A stretch of DNA of 51,580 nucleotides from Candidatus Sysuimicrobiota bacterium CSP1-3 (GTDB lineage Bacteria; Sysuimicrobiota; Sysuimicrobiia; Sysuimicrobiales; Humicultoraceae). Of this stretch, positions 44,455-51,580 are shown one piece after another (position 1 is the stretch's first letter; each line of letters starts with the position of its first letter). The stretch lies in the NCBI GenBank assembly GCA_001443485.1, contig LDXQ01000005.1, positions 1 through 51,580 of the forward strand. Direction: 5' to 3'. The notes below the pieces were generated by a model that saw nothing but the letters and a program-made list of their open reading frames with translations, ran no database searches and was not told where the DNA came from. Both the position numbers and the translations under genes were made by a program.

Positions 44455-45338
44455 CTCCGCGGGGCCAGTCGCAGGACAGTAAACAACCAGGGCGCGCCCA
44501 GGGCGATCCAGACGCCGACGAGCGAGTAGCGCAGGAACCGGAAGGGCAGGTACAATAACTCGCCCTCCGCCGGAAAGATCGCCCTCAGCCCCAGATAGGG
44601 AATCATCACGGTCGCGGCGCCGACCAGGAACCGCAGCGCGCGCTGCCAGAACGGCCCCGTCGCCCGGAAGCGGAGGTACCTGTAGCTGAGCGCCAGGCCG
44701 ACGGCGACACCAGCCAGCGTACCCAGTTCGCTGGCCGTGCCTTTCACCGGGTGCAGGAGAAAGAGGCCGCTGGGCGCGATGATGCCGAGCAGGACCTGCG
44801 TGCCCACGCTCAGCCCGCTGACCCACCGTTCGATCCGTTCCTGGCCGCCCCAGTACAGGGCCACGGCCGCGCCACCGAGTAGCCATCCGGCGAAGACGTC
44901 CGTGGGGAAGTGCACACCGAGGTAGATCCGCGACAGGCCGACCATGCCCGCCATGACGGCGGCCGCGATCCACACCCAGGTGCGGCGCGCCCAGAGGCCC
45001 AGCGTCCCCCAGACCGCGGCGGACAGCTGGGCGTGTCCGCTCGGCAGACCGTACCCCTCCGCATCGCCGATCTTCACTCCCGGGTTGCGTTCGTACGGCC
45101 GCGGATGCGCGAAGCCATCCTTTAAGATGCTGTTGACAAAGGCGGACAGCAGGAAGATGAACCCCACGCGGGCGCCCCAGGTGAAGTCGACGCTCCAGAA
45201 CAGCAGCGGCAGAAGGAGGAGATAGAATTCCTCATCACCGAGGAGAGTGAAGAAGTTGAACAGCGTGTCGAGCGCGGGCCCGCGAAACTGCTGCAGCGAG
45301 ATGATTAACCCGATGCCCCACTGCCAGATCGCTTCCAT
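44451..45338 (-). CDS. PAP2-family membrane phosphatase.
   Basis: 'KDGFAHPRP', 'PSGHA' and 'SRIYLGVHFPTDV' form the tripartite PAP2 motif. Confidence 0.85.
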   Translation of the reverse strand: MEAIWQWGIGLIISLQQFRGPALDTLFNFFTLLGDEEFYLLLLPLLFWSVDFTWGARVGFIFLLSAFVNSILKDGFAHPRPYERNPGVKIGDAEGYGLPSGHAQLSAAVWGTLGLWARRTWVWIAAAVMAGMVGLSRIYLGVHFPTDVFAGWLLGGAAVALYWGGQERIERWVSGLSVGTQVLLGIIAPSGLFLLHPVKGTASELGTLAGVAVGLALSYRYLRFRATGPFWQRALRFLVGAATVMIPYLGLRAIFPAEGELLYLPFRFLRYSLVGVWIALGAPWLFTVLRLAPRS

Positions 45339-45350
45339 CAGGACCCCTCC

Positions 45351-46277
45351 TCAGTCGGGCTCCGGGCGCGGGACCAGGACCTCCAGCATCCCGGGGATGC
45401 AGCGGAACGTCGCGGACACCCGGCCCAGCGGCTCGCCGTCGGCCTGTACCGGCATTGGGACGTCGCTCTCGACGTGCACCTCGCGGGCGGAGGCGTGGCC
45501 CATCTTCGGTCGCGAGAGGTGGCTCCCCGAGAAGGTCCGGAGCAAGACCCCCACCACCTCCGCCTTCGTCAGATCCATCCCATAGACAATGGCGAGTTCT
45601 CCATCGTCGGCCCGCGCGTGCGGCGCGATGCGAATTCCGGCGCCATACCAGACTGTGTTCGCCGCGGCCAGAAAGAACAGCGGCACCGTCTGGGTCCGTC
45701 CGTCGATGGTGACCCGCGCTTGTACGGCCCGGTAGTCCGCCAGCGCGCGCAGCCCCGCGCCGATGTGCCGCGCGAATCCGTCGATCCAGCGCGGCCACCG
45801 CGCGGCCCGGTAAGCGATCTCGGCATCAAACCCCACACTGGCCACGGACGCGAAGTAGCGGTCGTTCACCCGACCGACGTCCACGCGCTTGCGCACGCCG
45901 TGAAAGAGCAGTCCGGCGGCGGCCGCCGGATCGCGGGGAATACCCAGACCGCGGGCGAAGATGTTGCCGGTCCCGCCCGGAATGACGGCCAGCACCGGTG
46001 GGCGCTCGGGTCGGCCGAGGAGGATGCCGTTCAGCACCTCATGGATCGTGCCATCGCCGCCCACCGACACCACGAGGTCGTAACCCTGCCCCGCGGCCCG
46101 CGCCGCCACCTCCTCCGCCTGCCCCGGCCGTTCCACCAGGACCTCGGCGAGGTCGACCCCTGTCGCGCGCAACACCGAGCGGATCCCCGACCAGGCGCGG
46201 TGCCCTCGCCCACCCCCGGCCACAGGGTTGATCACGGCAAAGACATAGCGGAAAGCCATCTCGTCTGGCTTCAACAT
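45351..46277 (-). CDS. Diacylglycerol/lipid kinase family protein (YegS/DagK-like).
   Basis: 'VINPVAGGG' and 'VSVGGDGTIHEVLNG' are present. The start is uncertain among ATGs at 46259, 46277 and 46301. Confidence 0.75.
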   Translation of the reverse strand: MLKPDEMAFRYVFAVINPVAGGGRGHRAWSGIRSVLRATGVDLAEVLVERPGQAEEVAARAAGQGYDLVVSVGGDGTIHEVLNGILLGRPERPPVLAVIPGGTGNIFARGLGIPRDPAAAAGLLFHGVRKRVDVGRVNDRYFASVASVGFDAEIAYRAARWPRWIDGFARHIGAGLRALADYRAVQARVTIDGRTQTVPLFFLAAANTVWYGAGIRIAPHARADDGELAIVYGMDLTKAEVVGVLLRTFSGSHLSRPKMGHASAREVHVESDVPMPVQADGEPLGRVSATFRCIPGMLEVLVPRPEPD

Positions 46278-46380
46278 GACCCTCGCCGGCCTTCCGGCCA
46301 TCGGACTGCCGTCCCGGCCCGGCTCCGCGGTTGTCCCGAAAAGCCGGGAGGTGTACCTTCGGCACGAGAGGGGGCGAATC

Positions 46381-46842
46381 ATGTCGACCGCGGAGCAGCG
46401 CCTCAAGGACCTGGGACTGGCACTCCCGCCGCCGCAGACGCCGGTGGCCAACTACGTGCGCGCCGTGCGCACGGGCACCTTGGTCTTCCTCGCCGGGCAC
46501 CTGCCGGTGGAGCACGACAAGATCGTCTATCAGGGGAAGTTGGGCCGCGACATGGACGTGGAGACCGGCTACCGCGCCGCGCGGCTGGTCATGCTCAACT
46601 GCCTGGCCTCATTGAAAGAAGCGATCGGCGATCTGGATCGCGTGCAGCGGGTCGTCAAATTGCTGGGGATGGTGAACAGCGCGCCGGATTTCACCGAGCA
46701 GCCGCAGGTGATGAACGGCGCCTCCGACCTCCTGGTGCAGGTCTTCGGTGAGCGCGGCCGGCACGCCCGCTCGGCGGTGGGCATGGCCGGGCTGCCGTCC
46801 GGCGTCGCCGTGGAGATCGAGATGATCGTCGAGGTGGAGTAG
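46381..46842 (+). CDS. RidA/YjgF-family protein.
   Basis: ATG follows GAGAGGGGG. The N-terminus is 'MSTAEQRLKDLGLALP' and the C-terminus is 'ARSAVGMAGLPSGVAVEIEMIVEV'. Confidence 0.8.
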   Translation: MSTAEQRLKDLGLALPPPQTPVANYVRAVRTGTLVFLAGHLPVEHDKIVYQGKLGRDMDVETGYRAARLVMLNCLASLKEAIGDLDRVQRVVKLLGMVNSAPDFTEQPQVMNGASDLLVQVFGERGRHARSAVGMAGLPSGVAVEIEMIVEVE

Positions 46843-46863
46843 CCGGGGAGCGCCACAGACTCC

Positions 46864-47718
46864 CTACGGGGTGGCGAGGAAGGACAGCACCTCGCGTCGA
46901 AAACGCTCGCGCGCTTCGACGAAGATGAAGTGCCCGCAGTCCGGCACGAGCACCGTCCGCGCGTGCGGGATGCCCGCGGCGATTTCCCGGGAGCACACCG
47001 GGCCGGTGATGAAGTCGGCCTCGCCGGTGATGACCAGCGTCGGCGCCGTGATGCGCGGCAACTGCGGGCGCAGATCAAACGTGTTGAAGATCTCCTGGTT
47101 GAACAAGCGCAGCGCATCGGCGTTGGGCACTTCGACGCGCAGACCCTCGATGTACGCCGCTTCGGCGGGGCCATAGCGCGCAAAGTACAACGGCCACTCG
47201 CGCAGGACGAGCGCGGCCATCTCTGCGTCGGTGGAGAACGCGCCGGCCTGCTCGGCCTCCAGCGCGGCCCGGGCGTCCGCGTACCAGGGTTCTCCCGCCT
47301 TCGCCTCCATCGCCGCTTCCATCGCCGCGATCTGTTCCGCCGCGAAACGGGCCAGCGTACTGGCCAGAATCAAACGTGAGACCCGCCGCGGATGGGCCGC
47401 GGCGTAGGCCATGGCGATGACCCCGCCGTGGGAGTGACCCACCAGCCACATCTGGTCCAGTCCGAGGTGACGGCGCAGTTCGTCCAGGTCGGCAACGTAG
47501 TCCGCGACGGCGTAGGCGCGGCGGTCGGCCGGGCGATCCGAACCGCCGGTCCCGCGCGGGTTCAGCATGACCAGCGAGAGTCGCTCCCCCAGCCCGGCGA
47601 AGTCGCCGAAGTACAGCGCGGAGAACCCGGGGCCGCCTGGATGACCGACGAGCACCGGACCCCGACCCTCCCGGCGGTATGTCATCATCCGGCCGTCCCC
47701 CGTCATCCAGCGCTGCAT
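46864..47718 (-). CDS. Alpha/beta hydrolase (proline-iminopeptidase-like).
   Basis: It has the oxyanion motif 'HPGGPG' and the nucleophile elbow 'GHSHGG'. Confidence 0.8.
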   Translation of the reverse strand: MQRWMTGDGRMMTYRREGRGPVLVGHPGGPGFSALYFGDFAGLGERLSLVMLNPRGTGGSDRPADRRAYAVADYVADLDELRRHLGLDQMWLVGHSHGGVIAMAYAAAHPRRVSRLILASTLARFAAEQIAAMEAAMEAKAGEPWYADARAALEAEQAGAFSTDAEMAALVLREWPLYFARYGPAEAAYIEGLRVEVPNADALRLFNQEIFNTFDLRPQLPRITAPTLVITGEADFITGPVCSREIAAGIPHARTVLVPDCGHFIFVEARERFRREVLSFLATP

Positions 47719-47772
47719 CGGTGCCGAATCTCCCTTCTAATGCTCGCAGTGCACATGAACCGCCCCGCCCAG

Positions 47773-48789
47773 CTAGGCGCCGCCACCGCGGCCCGATCGT
47801 TGGGCCGGGAAGGCGTGCAGGGAGAGAAACCCGGTTACCATCGGCAGCCAGAACGCGAACAACCGAAACAGGAGGGCCCCCGCGACCGCCGTCTCCAGCG
47901 GGACGGCGAGCGAGGTAAAGGTGACGATCATCGCCCCTTCCGTCACCCCCACGCCGGACGGCGTGATCGAAACGATCATGAAGAACGCCCCGATAGCGTA
48001 ACCGGCGACGAGCACGCCCGGGTGCAGAGTGTCGCCGATCGCGCGGAAGACCACACTCAGGGTGGCAAGCCCGATGGCCTGCACACCCAGGGCGTGCAGG
48101 GCCGGGCGCACGGCGTACCGGGGGCGGGCGCGGACCGCCGCGATCACGTCTTGCAGTTCGCGGGCCCACTCCCTCAGCCGATCCGGCTGAATGGCAGGAC
48201 GCCGCCTCAGCCGCAGGCTCACCCAGTTGACGAGGCCCGCCACGCGGCCGAGCCAGCGCGGGATCGCCGCCGGCACCGTGATGACGCGGATCGCCAGACC
48301 CGTCCCTCCCAGCATCACGGCGGCAAACAGGACGACGGCCGCCACCTGCGACGGCGCCAGGTCACGCTGCGCGAACAGGATCACCAGCCCCGCCAGGAGG
48401 ACGACCAGCAACGCGGCGTAGTCAAAGAAGTAATACGTCAGACTCACCAGAAAGGCGCGGGATGGCGAGAGTCCCCGGCCGCGTGCCGCTACGACGAAGA
48501 ACGCCATACCCGCCGCCGTGCCCATCGGCGTGGCCAGACTGGCGAAGGCCATGACCAGCGAGAGCCATACGGTCGTCCCTAAGGCCACCGCGGTATCGAG
48601 CAGGCGGAAGACCGCCTGGTAGAACGCTCCCTGGTTGAGGGCGAAGGCCACCTGCAGACCGATGGCGGCCACGAGCCAGCCGGGATGGGCGTGGGCGAAG
48701 ATGCGGCCCAGCGTGTTCAGTTCCACCGTGCGCGAAATGATCGCCAACAGTAGGAGGAGGGGGGCGAGGATCCACAACGCGCGCCGCAA
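47773..48789 (-). CDS. Lysylphosphatidylglycerol-synthase-TM-region / UPF0104 flippase-like membrane protein.
   Basis: It has about 8 TM segments, and the N-terminal pattern 'LWILAPLLLLLAIISR...' and overall layout are typical of this family. Confidence 0.6.
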   Translation of the reverse strand: MRRALWILAPLLLLLAIISRTVELNTLGRIFAHAHPGWLVAAIGLQVAFALNQGAFYQAVFRLLDTAVALGTTVWLSLVMAFASLATPMGTAAGMAFFVVAARGRGLSPSRAFLVSLTYYFFDYAALLVVLLAGLVILFAQRDLAPSQVAAVVLFAAVMLGGTGLAIRVITVPAAIPRWLGRVAGLVNWVSLRLRRRPAIQPDRLREWARELQDVIAAVRARPRYAVRPALHALGVQAIGLATLSVVFRAIGDTLHPGVLVAGYAIGAFFMIVSITPSGVGVTEGAMIVTFTSLAVPLETAVAGALLFRLFAFWLPMVTGFLSLHAFPAQRSGRGGGA

Positions 48790-48843
48790 AGGGAAACGTC
48801 ACCGGCTCACACAATTCCACAGACGGGCCGTTCCTCCCGCACC

Positions 48844-49734
48844 ATGAACGATTCCCGGCGCACGAATCTCCTGCCGTATACCGCCCTGGGGGTAGGCATC
48901 CTCAGCCTGGGGTTCTCCGGCATCTTCGTCCGCTGGGCGCACGCCCCGGGCGTAGTCACCAGTTTCTACCGCATGGCCATCGCCGTCGCGCTGATGGCGC
49001 TGCCGTTCGCCCGCCGCCTCCGCGCCGCAGGCGGGATCCCCGCGGCGGGACTGCGCTCCGCGCTGCTCGGCGGGCTCTTCTTCGCCGGCGACGTGGCGCT
49101 CTGGGCGACGGGTGTCGTGTTGGGCGGGGCGACCAATCCCACGCTGCTGGCAAATACCGCGCCGCTGTGGGTGGGGTTGGGCGCGCTGCTGATCTTCCGC
49201 GAGCGGCTCAGCGCCGCGTTCTGGGCGGGCCTGCTCCTGGCGACGGCCGGCGCCGCGGCCGTGCTGGGCCTGGATGCCCTGCGCGCGCCCATGTTCGGTC
49301 TGGGGTCACTGCTGGGTCTCCTGGCGGCGATCTTCTACGGCGGCTACTTCTTGGTGACGCAGCGCGGGCGCGAGACCTTGGACTCGATGACCTACTTCTG
49401 GCTGGCCGCGCTGAGTTCAAGTGCGGTCCTGCTGCTCCTGAGCCTGCTCCTCGGTCTGCCGCTGGTCGGATACGACAAGCGGACCTACCTGAACTTCCTC
49501 GGCCTGGGCGTCGTCACGCAGACCCTGGGCTACTTGGCCATCACATATGCCATCGGTCACGTGCCGGCCTCGCTGGTCGCACCGACTCTCTTGGGGCAGC
49601 CGGTGGTAACGGCACTGCTCGCCGGGCCGCTGCTGGGAGAACGGCTCTCCGCGGGACACATCGTGGGCGGGATCGCCGTTCTCGCAGGAGTGTATATCGT
49701 ACACCGCAGCCGCCAGGGTGCGGTGCAGCCTTAG
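48844..49734 (+). CDS. DMT-superfamily (EamA-like) transporter.
   Basis: It has 10 TM segments arranged as two EamA repeats. Confidence 0.8.
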   Translation: MNDSRRTNLLPYTALGVGILSLGFSGIFVRWAHAPGVVTSFYRMAIAVALMALPFARRLRAAGGIPAAGLRSALLGGLFFAGDVALWATGVVLGGATNPTLLANTAPLWVGLGALLIFRERLSAAFWAGLLLATAGAAAVLGLDALRAPMFGLGSLLGLLAAIFYGGYFLVTQRGRETLDSMTYFWLAALSSSAVLLLLSLLLGLPLVGYDKRTYLNFLGLGVVTQTLGYLAITYAIGHVPASLVAPTLLGQPVVTALLAGPLLGERLSAGHIVGGIAVLAGVYIVHRSRQGAVQP

Positions 49735-51545
49735 TCGGGCGAAAGCTTCACCCGGAACACCTGAACCCGATTGAGGAGCGGCTCGGCCACGTAGACGTTG
49801 CCGGTTCCGTCCAGTGCGATCCCTCGTGGCTGATAGAACTGGCCGGGCGCCGACCCCCAGACGCCCCACCGACCCAGGTGGGTGCCGCCGCGAGAGAAGA
49901 CCTGCACCTGGTGATAGAGCGGGTCCGCCAGGTAGACGTTGCCCTTGCCGTCCACCGCGAGTGATCCATCCTGAAAACTGCTGTCCACGTTGCTCGGTCC
50001 GCTCCAGGTGCCGAGGACCTCTCCCGCGGGACCGAACTTGACGATGCGGTGCCGGCCGCGCTCCACGGCGTAGACGCGGCCCGCGCCGTCAACGGTGAGG
50101 TCGCCGGGGAATTCGACGCGCCAGCGGCCGGCGGACCGCCCCGCCGGGTCGAAGCGGCGGATCTCCTGGCTCCGCCAGTCGGCGACGTAGAGGTTCCCGG
50201 CGCCGTCCACGGCGACGCCCTTCACCGAAGCGAATCCGCGCAGTTCCCCCTCGGTGGCCCCGGGAGCGCTCAATTTGCGCACGAGCGGCACACCGCTCTC
50301 GGTCAGCGCGACGTACACGGCCCCCGCCGGACCGACCGCCACATCTTCAAACACCGCCGTCTGCGAAAACCGCCAGACGGCCAGCACCGTGCCCCGCTGA
50401 TCCACACGGACGACGCGGAAGTTGCCCTGATCCGCAATGTAGACGTGACCCGCGGCATCGGCGGTTAGGGCGGCGGGCCGCTTCAGCACTTCCACCGGAA
50501 GAGCACCCCACTGCCACAGCGGCGTGCCGGTGGAACTGAACTTCTGCACGCGATGGTTTTCGGTATCGGCGACGTAGACGTTGCCCGCACGGTCCAGGGC
50601 CAGAGCCATCGCCCGGTCGAACTGACCGGCGCCGCCGCCCGCGCGGCCCCATGCCCGGAGTAGCGTCCCGGCTCCGGTGAAGATCTGCACGCGCTGTACA
50701 CGGAGGATATCCGCCAGGTTGCGGGAGGGCGCGGGCTGCAGGCCCGCGCTGATGACGTACACCCGCCCGGCCCGGTCCACGGCGATCCCCGTCGGCGCGT
50801 TGAACCGGCCGTCGCCGCGGCCCAGCGCCCCCCACTCCAGCAGATACTTTCCGCCGGCGTCAAACTTCTGAATGCGGTGGTTCCAGGTGTCGGCCACGAA
50901 GACGTCACCCGTGCGGTCCACGGCGATCCCCGAGGGCGCGTTGAAGCGGCCTGCCGTAAAGCCGTACGAGCCCCACGCCTTGAGGAACGTTCCCGCCTGA
51001 CTGAATTTCTGCACGCGGTGATTTTTCGTGTCGGCGACATGGAGGTTGCCGGCCGCGTCCACGACCACCGCCGTCGGGCCGTTAAACTGCCCGTCCTCGC
51101 CGCCCAGCGCCCCCCATGTCGCCAGCGGGGTCCCCGCAGTATTGAACTTGATGATGCGATGATTGCCGGTATCGGCGACGAACACATGGCCGGCATCGTC
51201 GGTGGCCAGACCCGTGGGCCGGGACAACCGGCTCCCGTCCCCGGCCGTCTCCCACGTCGCCACCAGCGTGCCCGCGGAGTTGAACTTCAGGACGCGGTTT
51301 CGCCCCGTATCGGCCACGTAGACGAACCCCGCGTCATCCCCGGTGACGCCGGCGGGGTGGCTGAAGAGGCTGCTTTCGGGGACGCCGCCCCACGCCGTGA
51401 CGAAGGTAGATTTCAGTGTCGCCGGTCGGGGCTGTGCTTCGGAAGCCGGTGGAGACTGCGCGGACGGACGGCAGGCGGACAGCAGGAGGACGCTGAGGAG
51501 CAGCGCGAAATGCGGCCAACCCGGCGGGGTCCGCAGCGGTGCCAT
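49731..51545 (-). CDS. NHL-repeat lipoprotein (about 12 repeats, probably two six-bladed propellers).
   Basis: It has the lipobox 'LLLSAC'. Repeated units of the type 'P.G.AVD..G.VYVAD..NHR.QKF' run along its whole length. Confidence 0.85.
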   Translation of the reverse strand: MAPLRTPPGWPHFALLLSVLLLSACRPSAQSPPASEAQPRPATLKSTFVTAWGGVPESSLFSHPAGVTGDDAGFVYVADTGRNRVLKFNSAGTLVATWETAGDGSRLSRPTGLATDDAGHVFVADTGNHRIIKFNTAGTPLATWGALGGEDGQFNGPTAVVVDAAGNLHVADTKNHRVQKFSQAGTFLKAWGSYGFTAGRFNAPSGIAVDRTGDVFVADTWNHRIQKFDAGGKYLLEWGALGRGDGRFNAPTGIAVDRAGRVYVISAGLQPAPSRNLADILRVQRVQIFTGAGTLLRAWGRAGGGAGQFDRAMALALDRAGNVYVADTENHRVQKFSSTGTPLWQWGALPVEVLKRPAALTADAAGHVYIADQGNFRVVRVDQRGTVLAVWRFSQTAVFEDVAVGPAGAVYVALTESGVPLVRKLSAPGATEGELRGFASVKGVAVDGAGNLYVADWRSQEIRRFDPAGRSAGRWRVEFPGDLTVDGAGRVYAVERGRHRIVKFGPAGEVLGTWSGPSNVDSSFQDGSLAVDGKGNVYLADPLYHQVQVFSRGGTHLGRWGVWGSAPGQFYQPRGIALDGTGNVYVAEPLLNRVQVFRVKLSPD

Positions 51546-51580
51546 GTTGGCCTTACGTTACACTACGCCGATCCTCTTCG

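Noticed and set aside
1-51580. CRISPR arrays, rRNA genes, tRNA-Sec, transposases, integrases, toxin-antitoxin pairs or recognisable defence-system genes.
   Set aside because: I looked for regularly spaced direct repeats, IS-type inverted repeats with DDE or tyrosine/serine recombinase motifs, and a UCA-anticodon tRNA with a long variable arm. I found none. The only tRNA is Gly(CCC).

Overview
This is a GC-rich bacterial chromosomal window; third codon positions are almost all G/C. It is densely coded, and the many long antisense ORFs look like GC artefacts. I support about 50 protein genes, one tRNA and several repeats.

Gene content, left to right:
- 1-3.3 kb: the 3' end of coaBC, a membrane zinc-ribbon protein and a frameshifted GMC oxidoreductase.
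- 3.5 kb: an Rdx/SelW-like selenoprotein gene. The ORF track splits it at an in-frame TGA inside a CxxU motif, and a SECIS-like hairpin follows.
- 3.76 kb: tRNA-Gly(CCC). Its 3' 47 nt recur perfectly at 10.6 kb. The two copies bracket a secreted nucleosidase plus a BMP-type nucleoside ABC importer, with no integrase in between.
- 10.6-11.9 kb: a lower-GC patch holding an orphan ORF and a truncated M29 peptidase.
- 11.9-28.2 kb: an IclR-associated locus. It combines two opine-dehydrogenase paralogs, an enolase-superfamily enzyme, M24 and M19 peptidases, an Asp/Glu/hydantoin racemase, a PrpD-family protein, two LLM oxidoreductases and a Dpp/Opp-type transporter.
- 28.3-35 kb: a minus-strand glycan cluster (GT2, Gfo/Idh/MocA oxidoreductase, AlkP-superfamily enzyme, two secreted hydrolase-like proteins). 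It ends in two small overlapping ORFs.
- 35.2-41.3 kb: four related cupin domains (two monocupins plus one bicupin) next to a FbpABC/ThiBPQ-like importer.
- 41.6-51.5 kb: housekeeping and envelope genes (GNAT, SigJ-like sigma factor, PAP2, DagK, RidA, alpha/beta hydrolase, LPG-synthase-TM, EamA, NHL lipoprotein).

No CRISPR array, rRNA, transposase or integrase was recognised. All functional calls come from motif recognition by eye; no searches were run.
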